This document shows, piece after piece, positions 9,501 to 19,528 of a stretch of DNA of 63,373 nt (positions within the stretch are counted from its first letter, which is position 1; each line of letters opens with the position of its first letter). Made by a program: the position numbers and the translations under genes. Source of the stretch: Candidatus Peregrinibacteria bacterium (lineage in GTDB: Bacteria > Patescibacteriota > Gracilibacteria > CAIRYL01); the NCBI GenBank assembly GCA_016220175.1, contig JACRHZ010000075.1, forward strand, positions 1-63,373, given 5' to 3'. The notes under the pieces are model-generated. The model made no database searches. It had not been told where the DNA came from and worked only from the letters and a program-made list of their open reading frames with translations.

Positions 9501-11777
9501 CTAGAGTCCTTTCTTGATTTCCCTCAGCACCTTCTCACTCACGATCTCAAGAAGCTTTTCATCACTCGCATCGCGGATTCCAGATATCGATCCGAACGCT
9601 TGCAGAAGTTTTTTCTTCGTTTTTGTTCCAATTCCCGGGAGATCATCAAGCACTGATTTCTGCTGTGATTTTTTGTGAAGATCAGCGTTATAGGTAATCG
9701 CAAACCGGTGAGCTTCATCACGGATTCGTTGGAGGAGTTTCCCTTCGGGAGAATCAGCGGTAATTGCGAGTGGTTTTGAATTTCCAGTGATATAGACTTC
9801 TTCAAATTGTTTCGCGAGGGAACAGAGTTGGATTTTTTTTGCGAATGGAAACTCATCAAGGATCTTTTTTGCAGAAGACAGTTGTCCTTTTCCTCCATCA
9901 ATTACCAGAAGGTCTGGTATGATTTTGAGAGAATCGTATTTTTTCTTTTTGCTGAGATTTTTGAAAACCCAACATTCATTTTCAAAAATAAACCCGAGAT
10001 TTTCCAAGTGTCGATCATCGTCGACTCCGGAAAAAAATATTTTCTTCGATTCTGAAATTTCCAAGAGTTTTCGCACGAGGAAATATCCGACTTCGGATTT
10101 CTGTGTCATTGCAAGTTTCGAATCCATCCAAGAAATTTGAATTTCTTCAGATTGGGCAACCGCGAGAGTTGCCCCTACGGGTTTGCGTTCCAATATTCCA
10201 ATTATCTTTTCACCATTTTTGAGAATGATGAAATTTTCGTTTGGGCGTGAATTTGGATTCGCGCCTTCATTTTTGCCCGACGTCGCCGCTACGATGAATT
10301 CCATATCTTTTTTTGAATTCACCTTTTGTACTTTCCATCCGTCTGGCATTTGCCTCGGAATATGTTTGAGCCTTCGAAGAATCACCTCTTCCATGCTTTT
10401 AAAATCATTTATCTCTCCATGAGCAATTGTTTTTAATTGAAATCGCCGATACTCTGCATTTTTCTCTTCTCCTTCCACAAAAACCGCCATCGAAGCGACC
10501 GTTTCCGTTCCTCCAAAATGGGAAACATCATAACATTCGATGCGTTTTGGAATGTGTTTCATTTTGAGTTTTTTCTGAAGAGTTTCCAAAACTTTGTCGA
10601 GGTCTTCTTCGTGTTTCAAGAAACTTGCGGCATTTCGAATCGCATAACTCTCGGCATTTTTCTCAGCGAGTTCGAGAAGTTTTTTTCGTTTTCCCTTTTC
10701 TGGAAGAGAAATTTCAATTTTCTGATGCCATTTCTCTTGAAAGAATTTCTCCCAAATTTCCTGTTCTTCTTTGGGAAAAATTTGAAGGGAAAGTACGAGA
10801 GTTTTGGGAATATCCGCGGCTCTGTCTGAGTGTTCTCGAAGAAAAGCAAAAAGCGCTTCTTCAGAGTCCTCAGATGAATTCATCGACAGAGAAAATGTTT
10901 CTGAATTGATCACTTTTCCTTCGCGAATTTGAAAGAGATGAAAAAATGCATGACCAAATTTGAGGCATGTTCCAATGACATCTGCAGAAAATTCATCGGG
11001 AGCAGAAACGATTTGTTTTTCAGAAATTGACTCTACTGCACGAAAAAGATCACGAACCCGAGCGGCTTTTTCAAATTCTCTTTTCTCGGCAGACTCCTGC
11101 ATCTGTTTTTCCAAATCCGCAAGAACTTCTTTGGTATCGCCCTTTAAAAACTTGATCGCCTTTTGAATTCGCGATCGATATTCTTCTTTGAAGATATTTC
11201 CAATGCAGGGGGCGGAACATTTTTTGATATGAAAATTAATACAGGGATACTTGATATTTCCCGGATTTTTCACCTCTACTTTTCCTGGAGAAATTTCGGT
11301 AATTTCCAGATTCGTTGTTCTCAGGAGAAAAATATCCCGTAAAAGATCGATTGTTTTTCGCACTGATCCTGCAGAAATTTTCGGACCAAAATATAAACTC
11401 CCATCTTTAATGACGTGCCTCGTGAGCGTGATTTGAGGAAAATCATCCCGTATGGAAACACAAAAATACGCATAACTTTTATCGTCTCTGAGAAGAATAT
11501 TAAATTTGGGACGCTTCTCCTTGATCAGATTCGATTCGAGAATAAGAGCCTCGACCTCAGAACTCACTTCTGTCCAGAAAATATCGTGTGTTTTTTCGAT
11601 CATTTTTTGAATACGCAGACTCAAAACTGCTTTTACTCGAAAGTAGGTTTGTACTCGCTTTCGGAGATTTTTCGCCTTTCCCACGTACAAAGTGTCGCCA
11701 TCCTCCGACAGCATTTCATAAACACCAGGAGTACTCGGAAGATGGCGCAATGATTTTTTGAGTTTTTCAGAAAGCAT
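9501..11777 (-). CDS. uvrC: excinuclease ABC subunit C with a ~145-aa internal insertion
   Basis: GIY-YIG (GVYEM..LYVGKAKNLRKRV), UVR domain, IECYDVSHFGG, PDLLVIDGGKGQL and a C-terminal HhH2. Start moved to MLSEKLKK (11777). Confidence 0.9.
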   Translation of the reverse strand: MLSEKLKKSLRHLPSTPGVYEMLSEDGDTLYVGKAKNLRKRVQTYFRVKAVLSLRIQKMIEKTHDIFWTEVSSEVEALILESNLIKEKRPKFNILLRDDKSYAYFCVSIRDDFPQITLTRHVIKDGSLYFGPKISAGSVRKTIDLLRDIFLLRTTNLEITEISPGKVEVKNPGNIKYPCINFHIKKCSAPCIGNIFKEEYRSRIQKAIKFLKGDTKEVLADLEKQMQESAEKREFEKAARVRDLFRAVESISEKQIVSAPDEFSADVIGTCLKFGHAFFHLFQIREGKVINSETFSLSMNSSEDSEEALFAFLREHSDRAADIPKTLVLSLQIFPKEEQEIWEKFFQEKWHQKIEISLPEKGKRKKLLELAEKNAESYAIRNAASFLKHEEDLDKVLETLQKKLKMKHIPKRIECYDVSHFGGTETVASMAVFVEGEEKNAEYRRFQLKTIAHGEINDFKSMEEVILRRLKHIPRQMPDGWKVQKVNSKKDMEFIVAATSGKNEGANPNSRPNENFIILKNGEKIIGILERKPVGATLAVAQSEEIQISWMDSKLAMTQKSEVGYFLVRKLLEISESKKIFFSGVDDDRHLENLGFIFENECWVFKNLSKKKKYDSLKIIPDLLVIDGGKGQLSSAKKILDEFPFAKKIQLCSLAKQFEEVYITGNSKPLAITADSPEGKLLQRIRDEAHRFAITYNADLHKKSQQKSVLDDLPGIGTKTKKKLLQAFGSISGIRDASDEKLLEIVSEKVLREIKKGL
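10154..10178 (-). repeat. REP-like GTAG-headed hairpin inside uvrC, in frame
   Basis: Minus strand reads GTAG-GGGCAAC-tctcgcg-GTTGCCC and is translated as PVGATLAVAQ. Confidence 0.7.
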
Positions 11778-11788
11778 TGTTAAAAGCG

Positions 11789-11875
11789 AAAAGTACAAAG
11801 TACAAAATACAAAATGCCAACAAGAAAAACAAATTTCTTTCCTGTTTTTATACTTTGTATTTTGTACTTTGTACT
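11789..11875. repeat. heptamer (AGTACAA/AATACAA) inverted array
   Basis: aaagtacaaagtacaaaatacaaaa ... tatactttgtattttgtactttgtact. Same word family as 5007 and 40140. Confidence 0.8.
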
Positions 11876-11935
11876 AAAAATTGACATCTTTTTCCATTTC
11901 GAGGAGAATTCAAACCGCTCTCAACACATACGAAT

Positions 11936-13384
11936 ATGGCATTCTTTGGTCACAAACACACTCCGTATTTTCGCAAACGGAAGGTTCATCCGCTTTTTAT
12001 CAGCCTTCTCATTATTGCTGGAGGAGTCGCTCTTTTCTATTTGATTCAGTTTTTATTTTTTGGACAAACGGGAGAAGTCGCTGAAGTGAAACTGAATGTA
12101 CCGCCACAAAATACGGTTTATGTTCAGTTTTCTGGTGAAGAAACATATCGATCAGTTATGGCAAGTTCGATCAAACTCCTGGAAAATGAAGTGGTCCAAA
12201 GCCGTAATACAGCGAACAGCTCTCTGGAATTTTTTGAAAAATCTGAGCTATATCTTGACACCAAAACAGAAATACGTCTCGTAAAAAGTAGGGTGCAAAG
12301 TGGAGATACTCGGGAGATACGAGTGCGCATGAACGGTGGGAAAATATGGGCTGATGTTGCTTTGAGTCTTAATCCACGTTCTGTTTTCGAAATCCAACTC
12401 TCTTCCACTATTTTTATAACTTCAAAAAATGGGGAATTTTCTGTGGACTATGATAAATCACTCGTAAAAGTTGCAAAAGGAAATGTTCGAATTTCAAAGC
12501 AAGAGAAGGGAACAGAAGTCTTTTCACAGGATGTCGGAGTGGGGCAACAGTTTGAATTCTCCGATAATATTGAAGAAAAAGCTCTGGCTATTCTTACGGA
12601 AGATGATTGGTTTTCAGCCCATGCTCCTCGCGAGGTGCCACCAGCTTCAGAAGAGGTTTCTTCCGAGGAAAGTGGAGATAAAACTTTGGGAGAAGAAAAT
12701 CCTGTAAAAATTCTCGTTCCAGGAAAAAACAATTCTGTAGTGCTTATCAGCAAAGAACCTCAGAAAATTTCGGGGACAGTTCCGCGCGGAACGAAAAAAG
12801 TAGTAATAAATGATTACGCACTCTCAAAATTTGTCGAAGGGGATAAGGAATTTACCTATATTGCAAGTGTAAAATTTGAAAGTCTCATTCTCGGGAAGAA
12901 CGTGTATGTCATTCAGGCATTTGATAAAAATGACACACTCCTCGGCAAAGCTGAAATCACCATTCACTATGATCCGGAGGGAAAATTTGAGGGAGGAGAT
13001 ACTCTCGGCGGAGAGAAAGAGCTTGATGCGACGAAAACGCCAGAATCAACAGGAAAATTGGAAATCACCGAGCCGAATAAAGGAGATGACTTTACAGCGA
13101 AGGATTTAACCGGGTTTGATCTCATCGGGACAACGTCTTCAGACACAGAAAAAATTCTTGTAAATGATTATGCCCTCTCGAAATATGTTCCAGGAAACGA
13201 AAAATGGACATACAAAGTGCGTATAGAGTTTGGAAACCTGAAAGCCGGTGAAGAAAACATTTATGAAGTTAAGGCAGTCGACAAAAATGGAAAGGTACTT
13301 GCCAAAGACTTCATCAAAGTTATCTTTCCAGCGAAAACAGGATCCGAAGCAAATGTGATTACTCCCGAGGCGGCAAGACAATAA
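11936..13384 (+). CDS. membrane-anchored FecR-like protein with two C-terminal Ig-like repeats
   Basis: N-terminal TM segment. Internal duplication (VINDYALSKFVEGDKEFTYI... versus LVNDYALSKYVPGNEKWTYK...). The FecR call is tentative. Confidence 0.5.
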   Translation: MAFFGHKHTPYFRKRKVHPLFISLLIIAGGVALFYLIQFLFFGQTGEVAEVKLNVPPQNTVYVQFSGEETYRSVMASSIKLLENEVVQSRNTANSSLEFFEKSELYLDTKTEIRLVKSRVQSGDTREIRVRMNGGKIWADVALSLNPRSVFEIQLSSTIFITSKNGEFSVDYDKSLVKVAKGNVRISKQEKGTEVFSQDVGVGQQFEFSDNIEEKALAILTEDDWFSAHAPREVPPASEEVSSEESGDKTLGEENPVKILVPGKNNSVVLISKEPQKISGTVPRGTKKVVINDYALSKFVEGDKEFTYIASVKFESLILGKNVYVIQAFDKNDTLLGKAEITIHYDPEGKFEGGDTLGGEKELDATKTPESTGKLEITEPNKGDDFTAKDLTGFDLIGTTSSDTEKILVNDYALSKYVPGNEKWTYKVRIEFGNLKAGEENIYEVKAVDKNGKVLAKDFIKVIFPAKTGSEANVITPEAARQ

Positions 13385-13508
13385 GCTCATACTCATTCCG
13401 AAGAGAAATTCTCCCAAAGTTTGCCTTTTTCAGGAGCCTGCAAGTAGTCAGCGGTCAGTAGTCAGTTGTCAGCAAAGGAGATAATGATTATGATCAAAAG
13501 TAACGTTC

Positions 13509-15161
13509 TTAATTAGTATTAGTACTGATCTTCTTTTTCTCAACTTGTTCCGGAATAATTACCGCAGCTTCACCTTTATGAGCAATTTTTCCAAGGAAAG
13601 GGATGCTGAAGAGTGAAATGCTCACAAGGAGGACACCAAACATGAGGAATCCGCTCGTGAAGCCCAAAAAGGCGAAAATAAGACCTCCACCGAATTGCCC
13701 CAAAATGTTTCCAATGTTGAGAACGAGTCTGAGTGGTGCAGCACCAGCATCGTTACTGAGGATTTTCCCCGTGGTTCTGTAAATATGCCGCTGATGCTCG
13801 GAAATAAACATTGCCTGAGAAGGCGAAAAAGCTGCCGCGTATCCAGTGCTGTTGAGCATTCCCGACAAAAGCAGAATCCAGAAACTTCCCCCAAATACAA
13901 TATCAATAAGTCCAAGAGCGAGGAGAGAAAGACCAGAAATGCTTATCCCGATGAGAATCATAATGTATCTGCCGTATTTATCCGCAAGTTTGGAAAAAGG
14001 GATTTGGAGCACGAATACCGGCAATATAAAAAGTCCCATAATAACGCCTCCGAGTGATTTTCCCCATGGTCCAAGGTCATTTGCGAATCGTCCGAGAAAA
14101 ATTGGTTGAAAGGTAATCGCCATTGTGTCCCAAAATGAAAAAAACATGACCACGAATATCGCCCAAAACATTGCAAGCGGCGTATTTTTGGAGAGAATAC
14201 TCAGGAAATCATTGAGAAGTTCAACGACTTCCTTCCCCATTTCATGAAACCTAAATTTTGGCTTTTCCGAAGATTCGTGCTCAATCTCTTTTTCCTTCAT
14301 GAGAATATCAATGAGGTTTTTTCGTGCCGCTTCGAGCATTTCCTCAGCTTTTTTCTTTGCATTTTCTGGAAGATCTTTTATTTTTTCCGCAGTTTCTTTT
14401 GAGAGTGCGATCACCTCATTTTTGAGCGAGGTACTCGTATCACCTACCGCGGTAGCAATCTTATCGGGGTGGGCAATGAGTTCAAACACTTCTTTCCAGT
14501 TAATCCCGGATTTGTCGGAAAATTTTAAAGAAACATTGTCTTCATCTCGATCAAAATGATGTCTCACAAAGAGGAAAAGCCCGAAAAGGAAAAAGAGAAG
14601 AAATACTTGAGCGATCTCTGTTCCGAATGAAATAATAACTCCTCCAACAATGAGACCTCCAAGCATTCCGAAGGCCTCAGCGACCTTTTTTTGAGAAATA
14701 TTTTGTGCGAATTCTTCAGATTTTGATTTTCTGAGAATGTACGTCACCATGGTGACTTCATAGAGATCATAGCTCCATCCATACGTAAACGCCGCAACCA
14801 CGGTAAAAAATGCCCATTTGAGTGGCTGGAAAAGATCCACATCAAATTGAGAAAAGAGGAATATAGAAACAGTAAGGGCGAGTCCACAAATTGACCACAT
14901 AAAAAGCATCCGAGCAGTTCTGATTTTTTGAAGATATGTCCAAAAAACATCCACAAACGTGGCGAAGAAACTGGCTGCCCCGAGAATTGCGCCCACTAAA
15001 AAGATAGCATTGTCCGCCCCCTCAAATCGCTCTTGCAGGAATACGGCAATAGAATAAGCAAGAACTGTGTAGACGAACATAAAGTTCATCGCCGCGAGGT
15101 AATACATAAGTATCCTTTTTGTCGTAATCGTTGTTTTTTGAAGGAATTTTGGAGCGAGCAT
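13509..15161 (-). CDS. MFS transporter with a long charged central loop
   Basis: About 12 TM segments and LADKYGRY (the MFS D-x-x-GR motif). A coiled, Lys/Glu-rich insert sits mid-protein. The start is uncertain; an alternative Met lies at 15107. Confidence 0.65.
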   Translation of the reverse strand: MLAPKFLQKTTITTKRILMYYLAAMNFMFVYTVLAYSIAVFLQERFEGADNAIFLVGAILGAASFFATFVDVFWTYLQKIRTARMLFMWSICGLALTVSIFLFSQFDVDLFQPLKWAFFTVVAAFTYGWSYDLYEVTMVTYILRKSKSEEFAQNISQKKVAEAFGMLGGLIVGGVIISFGTEIAQVFLLFFLFGLFLFVRHHFDRDEDNVSLKFSDKSGINWKEVFELIAHPDKIATAVGDTSTSLKNEVIALSKETAEKIKDLPENAKKKAEEMLEAARKNLIDILMKEKEIEHESSEKPKFRFHEMGKEVVELLNDFLSILSKNTPLAMFWAIFVVMFFSFWDTMAITFQPIFLGRFANDLGPWGKSLGGVIMGLFILPVFVLQIPFSKLADKYGRYIMILIGISISGLSLLALGLIDIVFGGSFWILLLSGMLNSTGYAAAFSPSQAMFISEHQRHIYRTTGKILSNDAGAAPLRLVLNIGNILGQFGGGLIFAFLGFTSGFLMFGVLLVSISLFSIPFLGKIAHKGEAAVIIPEQVEKKKISTNTN

Positions 15162-15235
15162 GGAAATATGTCTTTATTTTCGCTCCATTATACCAAAAAA
15201 TCGAATATTTTTGAAGGGAAAAACGTGAAGAAGTG

Positions 15236-16876
15236 CTAAAATTCCAGATCTACTTGAGCCCGAATGAGAAGTGGTGTGGTGACGATTTTTCCGGAAACTC
15301 TTTGAATTCCAATGTTTTGCGCTTCAGGAAGCCATGGGAGTAAAAATTTTGGGAAAAAACTAAACACTTCCTCCGATGGACCAGCAAATTTGAGGGGGAG
15401 TTTTTGAGAAAGGAGTGAGGAAGCATTTTTCTTGAGGAGTTCGCCGACTTTTGTGCTCGGAATACCAAAAAATAAGGTGTCACCTTCTTGTCCTAAACTC
15501 AAAGAAAAAAGTGAAGCTTCATCATTCTTGGCTGAAAACGTAAATATTTTTCCATTTCCTTCGGCAGTTTCTTCCATTTGTACGGCATCTTCATCGGGAA
15601 ACACCTCTTCTACGGTAGAGCCATCTTCTAATGCGTACGAAACAATTTTTGGAATAAATCGAGCCGATATTTTTTTAATGGCACTTATCAATTTTTCTAA
15701 TTTTGCCTGCGCAAATTCTTCATCATTTGTCTTGAGAACAGCAAAAAATCCATCGTCAGAATTCCCGACCACAAATTCGGAAGCAAGAAGTGGAAGAATA
15801 TCATATTCCCATGAAATTTCTCCGCCAAAAAACTGTTCGAGCCGCGAAGCGATAGTGCTTTTCACAGTAATCAAAAAGGCAGGATCCACTTCGCCAAAAT
15901 AAGAAAATCCATGGTCAATATCTTCCGCAAGATCATTTCCCCAAAGAAATGCGTTGGCGTTTTCGGGAAGATACGAAAGGATTTCTGGAGAATCTTTTTG
16001 GAAAGAAATCGCCTCATTTGAAATATCTTTTTGGATACCTATATTTTTTCTAAGGAGAACGAAGGCAGTTTCGAGCGCATTACTCCGCGGTCTTTCAGTG
16101 ATTGCTGCACCGACACTCGGGAATACTCGGATGAGGGGCAATACGAGTTTTGCCGAAAAAGTCGGAGGAAGCAGATTTTCGAGTGCAGCAGTTCGGAGAA
16201 ATACTCGCGCTTTGTGAAGTCGCGGCAGCTCAGACGCGATCTTTTGAAAATCTTCTGCATCGGCCAATTTTTGAACTGCTGAATCTTTGCTCTCGAGAAT
16301 ATTTTGAAGCGTCAGTTTTTCGTCGGAGCATGCCATGTATTTGAGGTAGAGTGTGCAATACTCAGTCCGAGGGGTATCAAAAGTGTATATCTCATATCCC
16401 TGAAAAACCTGAGTATCTTTCGGACTTCTGCTAATGAGATACTCATGAGCTCTTTGCCAGTCTCGTGTTTCTACGAAATCAACTTTTGAAAACCAATCGC
16501 CTTCCACTGCATCTCTCCTGTAAAGCGCTACTCCTCCACGTCGTCCTTTCCATTCAAGCTGAGAGAGATCGGTCCCGAGCATGCTATCCTGAAGTGATAA
16601 GATTGTTTTGAGTAGCAGAGGACTGCTCTTCTCAAGAGAACTCCATGTTTCGAGTTCTTCGAGATTCATCAGCATCACGAGATCTTTTTCGGGAAGAATT
16701 TTTTCGAGATCTGGAGCAACAAAAAATCGATCCCACAGCAAATATCCCGCAAAAATTGTCATAGCTCCTCCGATGAGGAGAAAGAGCAGACCCGCCATGA
16801 GGCTTCGTCTTTTCTCTTCCTCTTGTTTCTTTCGTTTGTATTCCCAGATTTTTTTGAAGACTCTCGAAAGTTTCAT
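15236..16876 (-). CDS. hypothetical membrane-anchored protein (DUF3352-like?)
   Basis: 546-aa ORF with an N-terminal TM segment after a basic stretch. No motif recognised. Confidence 0.5.
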   Translation of the reverse strand: MKLSRVFKKIWEYKRKKQEEEKRRSLMAGLLFLLIGGAMTIFAGYLLWDRFFVAPDLEKILPEKDLVMLMNLEELETWSSLEKSSPLLLKTILSLQDSMLGTDLSQLEWKGRRGGVALYRRDAVEGDWFSKVDFVETRDWQRAHEYLISRSPKDTQVFQGYEIYTFDTPRTEYCTLYLKYMACSDEKLTLQNILESKDSAVQKLADAEDFQKIASELPRLHKARVFLRTAALENLLPPTFSAKLVLPLIRVFPSVGAAITERPRSNALETAFVLLRKNIGIQKDISNEAISFQKDSPEILSYLPENANAFLWGNDLAEDIDHGFSYFGEVDPAFLITVKSTIASRLEQFFGGEISWEYDILPLLASEFVVGNSDDGFFAVLKTNDEEFAQAKLEKLISAIKKISARFIPKIVSYALEDGSTVEEVFPDEDAVQMEETAEGNGKIFTFSAKNDEASLFSLSLGQEGDTLFFGIPSTKVGELLKKNASSLLSQKLPLKFAGPSEEVFSFFPKFLLPWLPEAQNIGIQRVSGKIVTTPLLIRAQVDLEF

Positions 16877-17025
16877 AAATTCTAAAAAGCGTATCCGAAG
16901 TATAACGGAAGAATATATAAATTTAAAATTCTAAATTTTGAATCCGCTAAAGCGGATTTGAATTTTGAATTGAATTCAAAATTTCAGCTCGTCATGCGAT
17001 AATCTTCTCGTTCTTTCCTTTTTTT

Positions 17026-18087
17026 ATGTTTTCGGACATTCTCACATCATGGGGAGAGAAAAAATATCGAATTCTACAGGTGAATCATGGAATTTTTCGT
17101 GAACTCGTTTCAGATTTTTCCGAAATTTCCACGCTCCCAGAACCGCTTCGTAAACGCTTTCATCAGGAGAAAATTGAATTTTCTCTTCTAAAGCCGAAAA
17201 AAATAGTAGCGAGTTCTGATGGCAACACGGAAAAAGTACTTTTTCGCACTCACGAAGGGAAATACATCGAATCTGTTCTTATGCATCACAAACGACGAAA
17301 AACTGTTTGTGTTTCTTCGCAAATCGGCTGTCCTGCGGGATGCGTGTTTTGCGCCACCGGAAAACTGGGAATTACGAGAAATCTCGAAACGAGAGAAATT
17401 ATTGAACAGGTTCTTTTTTGGAGTCGCCATCTCAAAAATGAATGGCAGAAAACAAATCCTCAAGAAAAATGGAAACCGCTGAATCCTCCGCATGAGGCAA
17501 GAGTTCGGAATATTGTTTTTATGGGCATGGGAGAGCCACTTTTTAATTATGAAAATGTCGTAGGAGCGATCAAAACTCTCAATGATCCCAAAAAGTTTGG
17601 AATCGGTGTTCGCCATATTACGGTTTCCACTGTTGGAATTATTCCGGGAATTGAAAAACTCATGCACGAAAAACTTGGAGTTCATCTCGCATTTTCTCTT
17701 CATGCTCCTACCGAAGAGTTGAGAAGCAGCTTGGTTCCGATGAATAAAACCTTCTCTCTCACAAAACTCATGAAAGTGCTGGATGAATTTACAAAAATGA
17801 CCGGAAGGAGAATTTTTTATGAATACGTTGTTTTGCAAGGGAAAAATGATGGAGATGAAGATGCAAAGGTGTTAGGGAAACTCCTCGAAAGGCGTCTCGC
17901 ACACGTAAATTTTATTCCCTACAACGTCAATCCTGAATGCGGCGATGATCTCAAAAAACCCGAAGAAAAACGAATTCGAGACATGCAAAAAATTCTCGAG
18001 AAATATAACGTACCATCTACAATTCGCCTCACGATGGGAGATGAAATTGCCGGAGCGTGTGGGCAACTCGCGAGTAAGGAAGAATGA
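17026..18087 (+). CDS. rlmN: 23S rRNA/tRNA A2503-C2 methyltransferase (radical SAM)
   Basis: CVSSQIGCPAGCVFCATG radical-SAM cluster, GMGEPL, and a C-terminal GACGQL. Confidence 0.9.
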   Translation: MFSDILTSWGEKKYRILQVNHGIFRELVSDFSEISTLPEPLRKRFHQEKIEFSLLKPKKIVASSDGNTEKVLFRTHEGKYIESVLMHHKRRKTVCVSSQIGCPAGCVFCATGKLGITRNLETREIIEQVLFWSRHLKNEWQKTNPQEKWKPLNPPHEARVRNIVFMGMGEPLFNYENVVGAIKTLNDPKKFGIGVRHITVSTVGIIPGIEKLMHEKLGVHLAFSLHAPTEELRSSLVPMNKTFSLTKLMKVLDEFTKMTGRRIFYEYVVLQGKNDGDEDAKVLGKLLERRLAHVNFIPYNVNPECGDDLKKPEEKRIRDMQKILEKYNVPSTIRLTMGDEIAGACGQLASKEE

Positions 18088-18160
18088 AGTAGGAATCAGG
18101 AAGTAGGAATTACGAATTACAAATTACAAATTACAAATGAAACGTCCTTATCTGTTCTGT

Positions 18161-18631
18161 ATGAAAGTAAAGGTTCTGGTTGTCGGCAAAACAAAGGAAT
18201 CTTGGTGCAGGGATGGCGAGAAGTTTTATTTTGATCGTGTTCAGCATTTTTGCGATCTCCAAAAAGTGGAAGTGGCGGAAGAAAAAATCACAGAAAGTAT
18301 GACTGATAAGGAGATTGTACAAAGAGAGGGACTGAGGTTGCTGAGTCGAATTGGCAGTGATGAATTTGTAGTTGTCCTCACGCCTTCGGGAAAAAAGCTG
18401 TCTTCCAAAGATTTTGCTGATCTTTTTCGAGAAGTTCGAGACTATAAGGGAGGAAAGATCACGTTTCTTATTGGTGGACCACTCGGACTCTCTAATGAAG
18501 TCATAGGGTCAGCTCAAGCAAAAATTTCCTTCTCAGATATGACATTTCCCCATGATTTATTTCGGATCATGCTCCTCGAACAAATCTACCGAGCGTTTTC
18601 CATCTTGGTCGGAAAGAAATACCACAAATAA
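18161..18631 (+). CDS. rlmH: 23S rRNA pseudouridine1915-N3 methyltransferase (SPOUT)
   Basis: MKVKVLVVGKTK..., ITFLIGGPLGLS, and a C-terminal YRAFSILVGKKYHK. Confidence 0.85.
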   Translation: MKVKVLVVGKTKESWCRDGEKFYFDRVQHFCDLQKVEVAEEKITESMTDKEIVQREGLRLLSRIGSDEFVVVLTPSGKKLSSKDFADLFREVRDYKGGKITFLIGGPLGLSNEVIGSAQAKISFSDMTFPHDLFRIMLLEQIYRAFSILVGKKYHK

Positions 18632-18701
18632 GCAGTAAGCAGTAAGAAGTAAGCGGTAAGTATTTTTGAGCTGCAGCTTACTGCCTATTGCTTACTGCTT
18701 A
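18630..18701. repeat. heptamer (GCAGTAA) inverted array
   Basis: aagcagtaagcagtaagaagtaagcggtaag ... cttactgcctattgcttactgctta. Same family as 37983. Confidence 0.8.
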
Positions 18702-19355
18702 TTTCTCGCTCTTCTCCATCGCTTCTCGTGCAATGCTTTTCCAATCGTATGGAAATCGATAGTTTTCCATTGTCCGAACAACAGTTGCAAACACTTTCCA
18801 TTTCTCCGGTGATTCGAATAAAAACGAGTTTCCATATTCCTGATTCGGATTATAGTCCCGAAGGATTTCGGGAAAATGGTATTTATCAGCGATGGGAACA
18901 ACGCCGTATGAAAGCGCGTTGTGAAGGGCAGTAGCATTTTCTTCATTTCGAGAGAAAAAGAGCATTGCATCGCATCCGGCATTAAGCTTTCGAATATTTT
19001 CGTCTGTATTTTCGAGAATAACAGCGTGCGTTTCATTCTCTTTTGCAAATGTTGTTACGATTCCCTGATATCTTTCCGTTCCAATTCCTAAAAATGCAAT
19101 TTGGATACCAAGAGCCTCAATCCCGGGAAGAATTTCTGAGAGCACATTTGCTCCATTTTTTTCCGTAAGGGGAAGAGAAAATCCAAGGAGAAGTGTTTTC
19201 TTTTCGGGAATAAGTCCAAATTCCTTTTGGAACTCTTCTTTATTCATTGCCTTTTTCTCCAAAGTCTTCGAAGAAAACTTTATATAGATTTTGTTATCAT
19301 ATGCCGCCGATGGCAATCGAGGTTCTTGCTGGGGAATTTGAGCGACTGGATTCAT
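18699..19355 (-). CDS. glycogen-synthase-like GT5 C-terminal domain only, truncated or degenerate
   Basis: Aligns by eye to the GlgA C-terminal half (KKAMNKEEFQKEFGL..., IQIAFLGIG). The N-terminal Rossmann half is absent and the catalytic PSRFEPCG region is replaced by FFSRNEENAT. Confidence 0.5.
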   Translation of the reverse strand: MNPVAQIPQQEPRLPSAAYDNKIYIKFSSKTLEKKAMNKEEFQKEFGLIPEKKTLLLGFSLPLTEKNGANVLSEILPGIEALGIQIAFLGIGTERYQGIVTTFAKENETHAVILENTDENIRKLNAGCDAMLFFSRNEENATALHNALSYGVVPIADKYHFPEILRDYNPNQEYGNSFLFESPEKWKVFATVVRTMENYRFPYDWKSIAREAMEKSEK

Positions 19356-19528
19356 TCTTTTGGGATGTGTATAAAATTTGAATATCAGGACATGATACCA
19401 CAAAAGCGCTTCTTTTTGAAGGGAATATACTTGCCAAATGTGCGAAATTCCTCAAAAAATAATCTTTCTCAAAAACTCTCCAAAATACGATTTTTTCGCT
19501 ACACTCATGTTGTTTTTTTCATAAAATC

